The notes under the pieces: generated by a model
Told to the model about the DNA's origin: nothing
Database searches by the model: none
What the model saw: the letters and a program-made list of their open reading frames with translations, nothing else
Position numbers and translations under genes: made by a program
Shown here: piece by piece, positions 21,601 through 28,962 of the stretch
Position numbering within the stretch: position 1 is the stretch's first letter
Layout of the letters: each line of letters opens with the position of its first letter
Virus record (IMG/VR): IMGVR_UViG_3300001765_000054
Span: 1 to 64,000 of that record
Length of the DNA: 64,000 nt
Reading direction: 5' to 3' (one strand)
Source: an uncultured virus (IMG/VR IMGVR_UViG_3300001765_000054)
Taxonomy: Duplodnaviria; Heunggongvirae; Uroviricota; Caudoviricetes

Positions 21601-23816
21601 CCGACGTTCTGAATCAGCTCAAGGACCCCGAGGAGCGTGCTGCCTACATGTACCAGCTCTGGGCTGCCGGCCACCTGGACGTGAACCCGCAGGTCACGAC
21701 AGTGTTCCAGAAGATCGCCAAGTTCATCCGTCAAGTCCTGGGCACCTGGAGCAACGACGAGCGGGCGCTGCACATCATGAAGCACTTCAACGATGGCTCC
21801 TACGCTCAGGCGATGGGCACCCCCAACGCCATGAAGCGTGCCATGATGGAGCCTGGCCGAAACAGGGTTCTTGAGACTGCCAAGTCATTTACTGAACCGC
21901 TCGGTCGCCTGGCAGACGCGGTGATCGGCACCGGGGCGGGGCGGCTGCGCGACACCGGCATCCCGGCGCTGGCTGATCTGGCCAAAATGATCAAAAAAGA
22001 CGCTCTGGAGACCGGTTTGGACCATGGATATCTCCCAGCAGCCCGGATCGAGGCCACAAAGCGCCTGGGCGGCATGGTGGACGTTCTAGGGGGGTATGCA
22101 CCAGAGACGCTCAAAGAGGCCCTGGAGGCCCTGGAATCGGGCTCTGTGGCGGCTTCTGCGGAGGGTAGGCTGGCGGTGGATCACGTAAAGGGCATTTTGA
22201 AGGTCACACGCGACTATATGGTCTCCGCAGGGGTCAAAATTGGCAATCTGGGCAAGGACTACTTTCCACGGGTCTGGGACGTCCACTACATCAGCAAAAA
22301 CGAGCAGGCGTTCAGGGACATGCTGGAGCCATACGTGCGCTCAGGCCAGTTCAAGGGCAACGTCACAGACTTCCTCCAGAGCCTGACCTCCAGAGACGGC
22401 AACGAGTTCGGCATCGAGGCCAGCTCGCCGGGCATGCAGTTCAAGAAAAAGCGCGAACTGGCCTTCCTGAAGGCTGAGGACGTGGCGCCTTTCCTGAACA
22501 AGGACCTGATGGGCACGATGGCCTCATACATCACCCAGGCCACCAGGAAAGCCGAGTGGGAGCGCCGGTTCGGCTACAACGCCAATGACCCCGACGTGAC
22601 CAAGCTCGAAGCCCTGTTCAACCAGGCCAAGCAGCAGGGCGCGACCAAGGAGCACCTGGAGCTGGCCGAGCAGTACATCAAGGGCATTGACGGCACCCTG
22701 GGCGACACCCTCAACCCGACGGCACGCAGGCTGATCGGCAACCTCGTGGTGTATCAGAACATCAGGCTGCTGCCGATGGCTGCGTTCAGCATGGTCATCG
22801 ACCCGCTGGGCGTGATGGTGCGCGGCGGCAACCTCGCGCAGGCATACGACACACTCAAGCGGGGCGTGGCGTCGATCCGCGAAACGTATGGCGGCAAGGC
22901 AATCAACGATGAGGCCACACGTCTGGCCGAGATGGTGGGTGTCGTGGACAAGGCCATACTGGGCAGCATCGTGGGCGACGTGTACACCCAGGGCATGGTG
23001 GGTGGTGTGATGAAGAAGGCCAACGACGCGTTCTTCAAGTACAACATGGTCGAGGGGCTCAACCGGGCGTTCAGGGTTGGTGCCTCTGAGGCAGCCATGA
23101 GCTTCATGGCCAAGCACGCCGGACTGACGGCGTCGCCGCACAGCGAGCGCTGGATGGGCGAACTGGGCATCCGCCCGGGCGACATCAAGCTGATGCCCAA
23201 CGGGCGCATCGCATTGAGCGGATACGACGGGCTGACCAAGCGCCAGGAGAAACGGGTCCATGCTGCCATCAACCAGTGGGTGGATGGTGCGGTGCTGCGG
23301 CCCAACGCGGCAGACAAGCCGATATGGATGAACGACCCACACTTCGCGCTACTGGCACACCTGAAGCAGTTCATATTCGCGTTCCAGCAGACGATCCTCA
23401 CCCGCGTCGTGCATGAGTTCAAGCACGGTAACTACGCCCCAGCGATGGCGCTCGGCGCTTACGTGCCGGTGATGATTGCCGCCGACACCGTGAAGGGGAT
23501 TCTGCAGGGCGGTGGCGACACGCCGGAATGGAAGAAGAACTGGGACGTTGCCGATTACATTGGGTACGGTGTACAACGTGCTGGGCTGCTCGGGGTCGGA
23601 CAGTTCGGTCTGGACGTCGCCACTGATGTTGGCCGGGGCGGCACTGGCGTCGGCGCACTGTCTGGCCCTACGATTGAGCAGCTTGGCGATGCCCTACAGA
23701 CTGCGGGCGGGCGCAAACAGTTTGGGTCTACACTGATTGACGCCATGCCAGCCAATGCCCTCTACAAGGAAGTCTTCACTGGTGGGTCAGCGAAAGAGGT
23801 GATGTTTGAGGATTAA
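15648..23816 (+). CDS. Giant (2722 aa) ejection/polyvalent-type virion protein with zincin-like HExxH motif
   Basis: Gly/Ala-rich N-terminus, STAYHESLHA motif, DYFPRVWD and helical C-terminal region typical of podophage ejection proteins. Confidence 0.7.
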   Translation: MGMFSELLQAQDPQAMEFDDTVGTALSKGWSSGLRGAGSQLQSVAGMAGELVGADDFAKERYTDSDALRQEAQQYAPQVGRWDDVHGGKDFLRYAAGLVGGSAPVSLAAMGASALTGGAAIPGLLAATGAIAPFEIGDAIQKQQADPTSAERPLGERALGVGLGGLGSAAFQSIVPHMAASKLLRAGAPGLAQQSARGLYGKNVGGALALEGVAEGGGDALKQVGANPDAPLDWASIKENTIGGAVAGGAMGHVGFAGEMAHRVAPQIGEAYDSAKTSINERLAAAKAGTEGKLNELGETAPGKKVKSAFEDMGELMGKARTKIDDTLGKMTRGEELGSPQDWLNATTDEAKKRMTELSDSEKYKATMKWGKEMLDSAGLDEAKRAELMAAMANAKDSASQMTVATMKKAWDLGQAAAKRVNAFADAVKESHNKYKRKDVDAETKWTDINEDGSPVTPNDWARLDFNGPTDEAAPPEGPAPNKPAPGPWDEIDDILNASEAQQDVPPPPRVEPKAWTINDRKEYIAQKMAEGMTKDEAKEAFRDEYLDQSKKSEDYSGADKAIHTALIESGLAQRRPDLFDNNDSINEMASALRLIGEMVPKGPLSPKVMDRFTDVFGTDSLDVLETVLNALSGNKLDSTAVEKKFAVLNQIEASRGNKVKMHDKLAAMLSPDAQDTEAVQDPARILEVMTAHARGETTKGKGAAETQAINTRFANLTQHLFGDNADRAYEFVEKHARQVKSGMYDEDGGLRGTTDGGPDRAFAVEGNQDAEFDENGNDIDTTSNEAQDSEVGYTPLGSTAKFDDQGNRIEGEQQHRLEYGLTKPDVKGKSKSKLNGRAMPEGSQYANQHQLDLERQYSTLDADGKVVRTAAQNGYHVYFERLTGTEARDHGDTTVTDKDGNTTVVPGAKMGRIVVEDRRNPGEFSAEDLDGMKLDTTAFPNSRSRLEIGGHIVDATRIASVAREKIQGRTEREVPMNYVQRMIDGFKQGIAMLNQQFGEKEKIWSKNPGNVDRDISIARLTELRAQHLAAKKAGAHPDVLKAIVAEANGIKEGKGGMIVPDSTVIGFVTANGRRKPMTWGEAKKLDFRTPGEKNSDKIHSNINDLRKQYQLARRAGEPKEVLAAIKEDIKDAQSDLDWMRNKDLAAGDDIVGSERPRLPPTERKRNADGSPVSYDDSVTKFDGNWIEPDYHEINRAVDAGATIITDTFTNRKRIYNLGERKVAKHLKSQGYAEIEPGLWTPGGQEPASDGGTGFKLTPRNEYTGKDQHKANRATHFIGRGHAKSSTAAYARDAKSQGVPVNAGKYGPEDYVFVSSNGSSSASKNPKYVPDSKDPREQEYVANDSNTFFPEANTGRDTRFDKDTGMLNKTGANEVLQGNYHGGINLAEHRNEATENADGKTLPIIGAARLAAVGDVGFNAGQGQGRREIGKDENIHLTAALQGERDGPLYGSQTDGKLKTGAELMKDPRTTSGGMDRGRSNMDGSGHWVGVGSRLLYNNLVDTVHSWDATASAAAAKIKSRALTLLASMSSMSEVDQRRLIALAPEPEKSKVKSTVNYGDKGIANSTLKSTIDQMTERQVVMELNRRQAMMETMPEDASWNWRNMISNEIKLLEAQLDSGKFGKGMARSDLDVTPAEASKLINELSRKYKDVIMAPGVNGESLVVKKGAIAKNPVRFNKGTAVGAERPANATISDPYTHLDLERDEKANQANANRGSSGASTQSGVTLKADKARAARQDDLEAAFVGTQHEPVPRSTDGGRVPDQRDAPGKDAVDARRNMTKATPEQLAALVAARGGPTNPKAVAAKKAAFVERAASGDKALIEELSTSDDAKGLQRAAELLAEQPATENIMAVTDAINDRLSFLMGDPDVAYSMETTNPNTNAKNPQTSKDIREYIEKVLGHSVKLAWAKFTHAGEFRRTSAGDIIRLSVHALNPMSTAYHESLHAFFAQLRDAGAHDIIRVVEAAARSPHIMKQIREFYKNQPDVLNQLKDPEERAAYMYQLWAAGHLDVNPQVTTVFQKIAKFIRQVLGTWSNDERALHIMKHFNDGSYAQAMGTPNAMKRAMMEPGRNRVLETAKSFTEPLGRLADAVIGTGAGRLRDTGIPALADLAKMIKKDALETGLDHGYLPAARIEATKRLGGMVDVLGGYAPETLKEALEALESGSVAASAEGRLAVDHVKGILKVTRDYMVSAGVKIGNLGKDYFPRVWDVHYISKNEQAFRDMLEPYVRSGQFKGNVTDFLQSLTSRDGNEFGIEASSPGMQFKKKRELAFLKAEDVAPFLNKDLMGTMASYITQATRKAEWERRFGYNANDPDVTKLEALFNQAKQQGATKEHLELAEQYIKGIDGTLGDTLNPTARRLIGNLVVYQNIRLLPMAAFSMVIDPLGVMVRGGNLAQAYDTLKRGVASIRETYGGKAINDEATRLAEMVGVVDKAILGSIVGDVYTQGMVGGVMKKANDAFFKYNMVEGLNRAFRVGASEAAMSFMAKHAGLTASPHSERWMGELGIRPGDIKLMPNGRIALSGYDGLTKRQEKRVHAAINQWVDGAVLRPNAADKPIWMNDPHFALLAHLKQFIFAFQQTILTRVVHEFKHGNYAPAMALGAYVPVMIAADTVKGILQGGGDTPEWKKNWDVADYIGYGVQRAGLLGVGQFGLDVATDVGRGGTGVGALSGPTIEQLGDALQTAGGRKQFGSTLIDAMPANALYKEVFTGGSAKEVMFED

Positions 23817-23844
23817 GGGTTTGACAGGTCATTACATCGATGCT

Positions 23845-23974
23845 CTGAAACCCTATATAGGAACATATTAGCTCTATCTTTTTATATACTACTTAATTTC
23901 TAACTTTAATTTAGAGTAGAGTAATATAGGAGAAGAGTAAGAAAGAGAGATAGAGGGGTTGTAGAGGGACTTTT
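23845..23974 (+). repeat. Long inverted repeat, left copy
   Basis: 23897-23974 matches the reverse complement of 53435-53512 at 75/78; 23845-23863 matches 53546-53564 at 19/19. Confidence 0.95.
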
Positions 23975-24064
23975 GCATTTCACTCATTACGCTGAAACTT
24001 TAGCTAAATTAGCCATTTGCTGGAAAGGCTCAAAACGGTGAAAGAAGCCTCGGAAAGCCAGAAT

Positions 24065-24084
24065 TACTGTATGCGCATCCAGTA
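24065..24084. promoter_or_regulatory. LexA (SOS) box
   Basis: TACTGTATGCGCATCCAGTA, a CTG-N10-CAG close to consensus, intergenic. Confidence 0.75.
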
Positions 24085-24187
24085 GTTAGTAGGCTTGACA
24101 ACTATCTGCAGGTGGCGCCCGCGCAAACGTGATTCCCTGTGGAAGCGGGAATAATTCGGGGCTATTCGCGGCGACTGAATGATGTCG

Positions 24188-24559
24188 CTAATGGTTGCCA
24201 CCGTGCGGACCCATCCACCCACCGTAGTTGGTGTCGTCCACATCGGGTGTGTCGGAGAGGTAAGTCTTGCGCCATTTCTCCCTGGCCTTGTCCAGCCCGT
24301 CTGGGTCATCAGGGTCAGTGTTCTCCTGAATAAACCGCTTTCGGTCTTCGGCGCTCTGTATGTGTGGGGCACTTATGGGGATAAATTCAGTGTCCTTCAC
24401 GCACGTGATGTAGTACCCGCCCTTCACGCTTAGTGAATGTTCGTAGCTGAACTCATCTACAAACCCCTCGTCTTCGTAGACTTCCCAGCGCTTACCTGTA
24501 GGCGGTTTATTTTTCCTGATGAACTCTTCGACCTCGTTGGAGTCTGAAAACCAAACCAT
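24188..24559 (-). CDS. Hypothetical protein
   Basis: Acidic 123-aa ORF at the end of the minus-strand block. Confidence 0.6.
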   Translation of the reverse strand: MVWFSDSNEVEEFIRKNKPPTGKRWEVYEDEGFVDEFSYEHSLSVKGGYYITCVKDTEFIPISAPHIQSAEDRKRFIQENTDPDDPDGLDKAREKWRKTYLSDTPDVDDTNYGGWMGPHGGNH

Positions 24560-24736
24560 AACCAGCCCCTAAATAATCAGGAGGCCAATCATACGCCTAC
24601 TTGTACCGCTCGTGACTGTCCCTCGGCGGTCGTCGTTCCTTGATGCGCTTGACCAGGTAGTACAGCAGTACGGTGGTCAGCAGTGTGCGGTACACCGCCG
24701 TGATCACACGTGATACTGTGAACAACACCGCGAAGT

Positions 24737-24928
24737 TCATGAGGTCACGTTCTCGTTGAGCCACTCGATCAGTGGGCCTTTGGCTGTTGGGATGTTAACA
24801 GTCACTGTCTCGGGCTTGAACCCAGCGCGTTTGAGCTCGCCGCGTTTCTTACTGGCTTCGGTCTGGCTGGCTTGCCAGGAGGTGTGCTTGGTAAGTGCAT
24901 CGGTGTGAATGGTTCGATAAATTTGCAT
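24737..24928 (-). CDS. Hypothetical protein
   Basis: AAGGA SD, 63 aa. Confidence 0.65.
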   Translation of the reverse strand: MQIYRTIHTDALTKHTSWQASQTEASKKRGELKRAGFKPETVTVNIPTAKGPLIEWLNENVTS

Positions 24929-25036
24929 GGAGTGATCCTTTAAGTTGCGGAGTTGAAAAATGCCGGCTGATGCCGGGCGGGTTGAAGGAACCTATTGTCC
25001 TATACTGATAGGCCCATATCAAACTAGGTTCCTAAA

Positions 25037-25669
25037 ATGAAAATCATCGCACTACTCAATGAGAAGGGCGGGTCGGGAAAAACGACCGTCAGTCTGAACC
25101 TCGCCACTGCCCTGCACCGCAGGGGTCAAAAAGTGATCCTGGTGGACGCTGATCCCCAAGGCACAGCAAGGGACTGGCGAGAGGCAAGCCCTGCGGGTGC
25201 GAACTTGCCGACAGTCGTGGCCATGGACAGGCCGCAGATGCTCACTGCCCTCGACGCACTCAATGCAGACATCGTGATCATCGACACACCGGCCAAAGCC
25301 GAGTCGATGAGTGCCGTTGCCATTCGGGTCGCCCAGGTAGCCATCGTTGTCATCCAGCCGTGTGCCGCTGACATCTGGGCGTGTGCTGCGACGATTTCAA
25401 TGATCCAGGCAAAGCTCGACCTGGGCGGCAAGATCGACGTCGCGTTCCTGACGAACCGAGTCGTCAAGCACACCAGGCTGACCAAAGAGATCGAAGGTGG
25501 TGGCTGGAACGAGTACGGATTCGACCAGCTCACCTCGACCATCGGAAACCGCACAGTGTTTGCCCAAGCGTTGTCCGATGGGCTGAGCGTTTACGATTAC
25601 TCAAACGCCGATGCTAAGGCTGACATCGACGCGCTGATCAAAGAACTGGAGGCCGCACGGTGGCTATAA
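25037..25669 (+). CDS. parA: Type Ib ParA/ParF partition ATPase
   Basis: Deviant Walker A NEKGGSGKTT, LVDADPQG, IIDTP; 210 aa with no N-terminal HTH. Confidence 0.92.
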   Translation: MKIIALLNEKGGSGKTTVSLNLATALHRRGQKVILVDADPQGTARDWREASPAGANLPTVVAMDRPQMLTALDALNADIVIIDTPAKAESMSAVAIRVAQVAIVVIQPCAADIWACAATISMIQAKLDLGGKIDVAFLTNRVVKHTRLTKEIEGGGWNEYGFDQLTSTIGNRTVFAQALSDGLSVYDYSNADAKADIDALIKELEAARWL

Positions 25670-25863
25670 AAACGAAACCTATCGCTGACCTGGTGCGCAA
25701 AGACATCCCGATACACCTGGTCGCTCCTGAAGACAAGGCAGTACAGTTGAACATCACCATCCCTGCCTCGGTGCGCAAGGCGTGGAAAGAGGAAGCGCTC
25801 AAGCGAGACACGACAATCGTGGCGCTGATCCTTGGCGCGATGGGTAGAGAGCTAGGAAGTTAG
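25660..25863 (+). CDS. Ribbon-helix-helix partition adaptor (ParG-like)
   Basis: Overlaps parA end; QLNITIPASVRKAWKEEA...TTIVALI RHH pattern. Confidence 0.75.
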   Translation: MAIKTKPIADLVRKDIPIHLVAPEDKAVQLNITIPASVRKAWKEEALKRDTTIVALILGAMGRELGS

Positions 25864-25880
25864 AGAACTAGGAAGCTACT

Positions 25881-26402
25881 ATGGATCATCAGCAATGGCA
25901 GGAAAAAGACGTGAAACACGTTTGGTTCCATGTCGTCAGCGAGTCGCTACAGTCCGGCCTGATTGCAAAAATCGGCGCAGTGCCATGGGCGGTGTACTGC
26001 GTCATCAAAAGTCACGCGGGACTTGAGACGGGCAACGCATGGCCCTCAAACGCTCGTATAGGCGAATTGGTGGGGGTCAGTGTGAACACGGTACAGCGAG
26101 CCATGAAGACGCTGCTGGAGGCTGATTTGATCAAGGCGGACAGAAGCCAAGGCCGAGTCAACCGTTACTCAGTCACAGAGTCAATCAAGATCGACGAAAA
26201 AGACGGAACGCCATGGAAGACAGGGGAGCGAAAGTACGTCCCCGTCGGGTTCGGAGATTTCGTTGACCAGCTAAAGCGTCTCGCAAAAACAGGGAACATG
26301 CCGACCGACAAAGAGATAACCATCAACATCACGATAGTCCAGGGTGACAACAACACTGTTCAATCCTATAACGTAGAGGCTGCCCCCTTGCCCCCCTCTT
26401 AG
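25881..26402 (+). CDS. Winged-HTH plasmid-type replication initiator
   Basis: VYCVIKSHA...AWPS...IGELVGVSVNTVQRAMKTL...LI; followed by iterons and DnaA boxes. Confidence 0.7.
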   Translation: MDHQQWQEKDVKHVWFHVVSESLQSGLIAKIGAVPWAVYCVIKSHAGLETGNAWPSNARIGELVGVSVNTVQRAMKTLLEADLIKADRSQGRVNRYSVTESIKIDEKDGTPWKTGERKYVPVGFGDFVDQLKRLAKTGNMPTDKEITINITIVQGDNNTVQSYNVEAAPLPPS

Positions 26403-26446
26403 AAAGCGGATGTTTGGATGTCCTGCCTAAAAAACAGGCAAAAAAC

Positions 26447-26648
26447 TTATCCACCGGGTTGTGCCTTCTAATGCAGTTAGTCTTAAAGTCTTGTTAGTCC
26501 CCCATGGGTGGGGGTGGTCGGGCATCAACCACCCTCATGAGTGGGGGTAGTTTATTCACAACCACCCCCATGGGTGGGGGTGGTCGTCTGGATATCCACA
26601 CCCAAGTTATCCACATGGCCCTAAGATAAGTGCAATTATCTAAGGGCC
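26447..26648. promoter_or_regulatory. Putative plasmid-type origin: 3 iterons at 33-bp period plus 4 DnaA-like boxes
   Basis: CCC(C/T)CATG(G/A)GTGGGGGT(G/A)GT x3; TTATCCACC 26447, TTATTCACA 26552, ATATCCACA 26592, perfect TTATCCACA 26607; inverted repeat 26617-26648. Confidence 0.75.
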
Positions 26649-27329
26649 AGATTTCCCCGCGAAAAACACCCGCTGAGCTTTTGCCTGTCCGCTGCCGTGG
26701 GCGGGAAACCCAATGATCGCCTTCCTGGTAGGGTGCGCACAGATGCCGCAGGACGCGCACTGGACGTCGTCGCGCACCGCAGCAGGGCAGATGGACACAT
26801 GCCGCCCTGCCGGGGTCTTCAGGGGCTTCGTGGTGCCAATGGGCAGCACCACGACCACCGGGCCTATATCTGCGTCTGCCAGCGCGTCAGCGTGCTCCAG
26901 GTTGTTGGCTGACAGGTTGACCGTGAACCCGTTGGTGTTTGCCGCCAGGATGGCAGCCGCGTTGTCCCCGATGCCGGGGTCGTAGTGCGTGAAGGCGAAC
27001 CCGTCGCGGTTGGCGTTGGCCCCGATGATCTGGTTCAGACCAGCCTCATCAATCTCGTGGCCGTTGCCGGGCAGGTCACCCGCCTGGCCCCATCGCCAGA
27101 GCTGGTGTTTGGGCAGCTTGCGGATGCTGTCGCAGACTTCGCTCAGGGTGATGCCCCGGTTGCCAATCGACAACTGGTTCCAGTGGAGCCCCATCGGTCC
27201 GTATTCGGCGTAACAGCCCTGGCCTTTGAGTGGGCAGCAGACTGGGCAGGTAGATTTGCTGGCGGTGGTAACGGGAATAGGTCCGCACTTCGTGTTCCCA
27301 CTGACGCGGGTAAAGTGGTAAGTGTGCAT
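26640..27329 (-). CDS. Cys-rich Gp88-like/putative Fe-S protein
   Basis: GN.K.G...CP..CP....CYA, R....GD, C..CG.C motifs. Confidence 0.55.
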   Translation of the reverse strand: MHTYHFTRVSGNTKCGPIPVTTASKSTCPVCCPLKGQGCYAEYGPMGLHWNQLSIGNRGITLSEVCDSIRKLPKHQLWRWGQAGDLPGNGHEIDEAGLNQIIGANANRDGFAFTHYDPGIGDNAAAILAANTNGFTVNLSANNLEHADALADADIGPVVVVLPIGTTKPLKTPAGRHVSICPAAVRDDVQCASCGICAHPTRKAIIGFPAHGSGQAKAQRVFFAGKSGP

Positions 27330-27346
27330 AAGGAGCCCAGAAGTAG

Positions 27347-27369
27347 AAAACCCGCCGGGTGGCGGGTTT
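27347..27369 (-). terminator. Rho-independent terminator after thyX
   Basis: AAACCCGCC-gggt-GGCGGGTTT hairpin, T-run on minus strand. Confidence 0.7.
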
Positions 27370-27387
27370 GTGGGGAGTGCGTCGGGG

Positions 27388-28065
27388 TCACGCCTGGTTG
27401 TGTTTCTTCCACGCAGCCACCGCCACCGGCACGATGGGCTCGATCAACGTCAGCATGGCCTCAGCGTACACGCGGATTTCCATCTGAGCGTGCTCATGCA
27501 GCCGCAGCTTGAGGAAGTGGAACAGGTTGTGCAAATCAACCGTGGCAAACATCCGGCTGAACGTGTTCATCGGCAGCACACCACGAGCGAGCTCGCGGGG
27601 GCAGCCGCGTTCAATCATCGCGTGGTACAACCTGAACGAGTCGTGACAGTGGCTGGCGATCTGATCCTGGAGCATGATCGAATCGGGATGCTCAACGTCG
27701 GTGCGCATCTGTTTGTTCGACTTGCTCTGCATCGTGATATGGCTCACCTCTGGAACATAGTATTCGTTGGGCAGCTCTGAGTATCGAGCACTGATCTCGT
27801 TAAAGCTCCAAGTCCGGTGACGGTGCCACTGACGGAACACAAAGATCGGAGCCTTCACCTCAAAGGTGAACTGCACACATTCGAAGGGCGAAGTGTGGCG
27901 ATGCTTCATCAAATAGTCGATGAGCTTGGCGTCATCACCACCTTCTCGCCAGTCTGCGTTATATGAGACTCGCGCTGATCTGACGATCGAGAGATCAGAC
28001 CCCATGTGCTCAAGTAATGCCACTGATCCGTGGTTCAAAACTTCAATCCGTTCAGAAGACATCAT
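27388..28065 (-). CDS. thyX: Flavin-dependent thymidylate synthase
   Basis: AR.SY, H.SPFE, RQWHRHRTWSFNEISARY, AQ.EIR. Confidence 0.95.
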   Translation of the reverse strand: MMSSERIEVLNHGSVALLEHMGSDLSIVRSARVSYNADWREGGDDAKLIDYLMKHRHTSPFECVQFTFEVKAPIFVFRQWHRHRTWSFNEISARYSELPNEYYVPEVSHITMQSKSNKQMRTDVEHPDSIMLQDQIASHCHDSFRLYHAMIERGCPRELARGVLPMNTFSRMFATVDLHNLFHFLKLRLHEHAQMEIRVYAEAMLTLIEPIVPVAVAAWKKHNQA

Positions 28066-28324
28066 TTTCCTCTTCTTTCCTTAGTTCATGAAGCTCCTGC
28101 TTCATCCTGCTCACCTTTGCTGCCAAGAGTTTGAGTTTGTAGCGCTCGTCGCTACGCTGGGCGATGAGTGATACGCGTTCGACATAAGGCGCACGTATGC
28201 CATCACGAGCAAGCACGAGCGTCTGATCGTCCAGAGTCTTTGTGATCAGCGCAATCTCGATCTCGTGGCGGTGCATGGCAGCCACAGCTTCAATGTAGGG
28301 GGGATGATCTCGCATGTACATCAT
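28052..28324 (-). CDS. Hypothetical protein
   Basis: Start moved to MMYMRD, coupled with neighbours. Confidence 0.55.
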   Translation of the reverse strand: MMYMRDHPPYIEAVAAMHRHEIEIALITKTLDDQTLVLARDGIRAPYVERVSLIAQRSDERYKLKLLAAKVSRMKQELHELRKEEENDVF

Positions 28325-28527
28325 TAATCCTTGAAGGTGGGTAGCGGTCGCCAGTGGGTGCAGTAGGCTTCGATCATGGAAGGACGGTACACACCGATGT
28401 GCATCATTCCCGACGGTCTGTGAGTCAGCAGTATCCTGATACCTATAGGGGTGTGCTGGTCGATGGGGCGCCACTTCGTATCTGGGTCGACACAAGTAGT
28501 GCCGTCTTCGTTGAGCTTATAGCGCAT
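28324..28527 (-). CDS. Small DUF551/Eaa-like protein
   Basis: WRPI...P.G..IL...THWRPLP. Confidence 0.6.
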   Translation of the reverse strand: MRYKLNEDGTTCVDPDTKWRPIDQHTPIGIRILLTHRPSGMMHIGVYRPSMIEAYCTHWRPLPTFKD

Positions 28528-28777
28528 CGTTTATGTCCTCAGATTCGACGGTATAGGGGATGGTGGTTTCGGCGAGGTAGCTTGTCCGTGCTCGAGCATA
28601 TTCAGCGTCGAAACTTTTATCGTGCCGGTCACACCAGTGCATCAGGTTGGTCAGAAGATCAGCGGGGGCGTCTTCGAAATCGACGTTCGTTGCCCGTATC
28701 AACGCACGCAGGGCCAGCCCTGCAGACATGCTCCGCTGCTCGTTGTATGTGTCAGGGTCTGGTGGTAAGGGCTTCAT
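28517..28777 (-). CDS. Hypothetical protein
   Basis: DLL.NLMHWCD....F motif common in small phage proteins. Confidence 0.6.
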   Translation of the reverse strand: MKPLPPDPDTYNEQRSMSAGLALRALIRATNVDFEDAPADLLTNLMHWCDRHDKSFDAEYARARTSYLAETTIPYTVESEDINDAL

Positions 28778-28962
28778 GCTGCCGACCAGTCTGTTGCACA
28801 TTCCCCGCGTGGAGGTGCGTTATCTGGCGGCGAGGCCGGTAGCGGCGAGTTCGGCACCTGCAACCATTCTCCTGACGGGAGGCACACCCAAGGTCCTTTA
28901 AGTTGACAGATTAGATGCACAGGTTCCGTGCTTGATACGTTTGAGTTTGTTGGTTGATCCAT

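Noticed and set aside
15926..23755. Many long antisense and overlapping ORFs over the giant gene (also over capsid and portal)
   Set aside because: Expected shadows of GC3-biased coding; no motifs or RBS, unlike the intein-nested ORFs
23851..23861. CCTATATAGG palindrome as an N15-like telomere resolution site
   Set aside because: Too short, present twice, and no protelomerase seen
24160..24202. HDV-like ribozyme (stem followed by CTAATGG)
   Set aside because: Could not build the P1/P3/P1.1 nested pseudoknot
26499..26586. Repeats as a mini CRISPR array
   Set aside because: 33-bp period leaves no room for spacers; DnaA boxes and a rep gene indicate iterons; no cas operon
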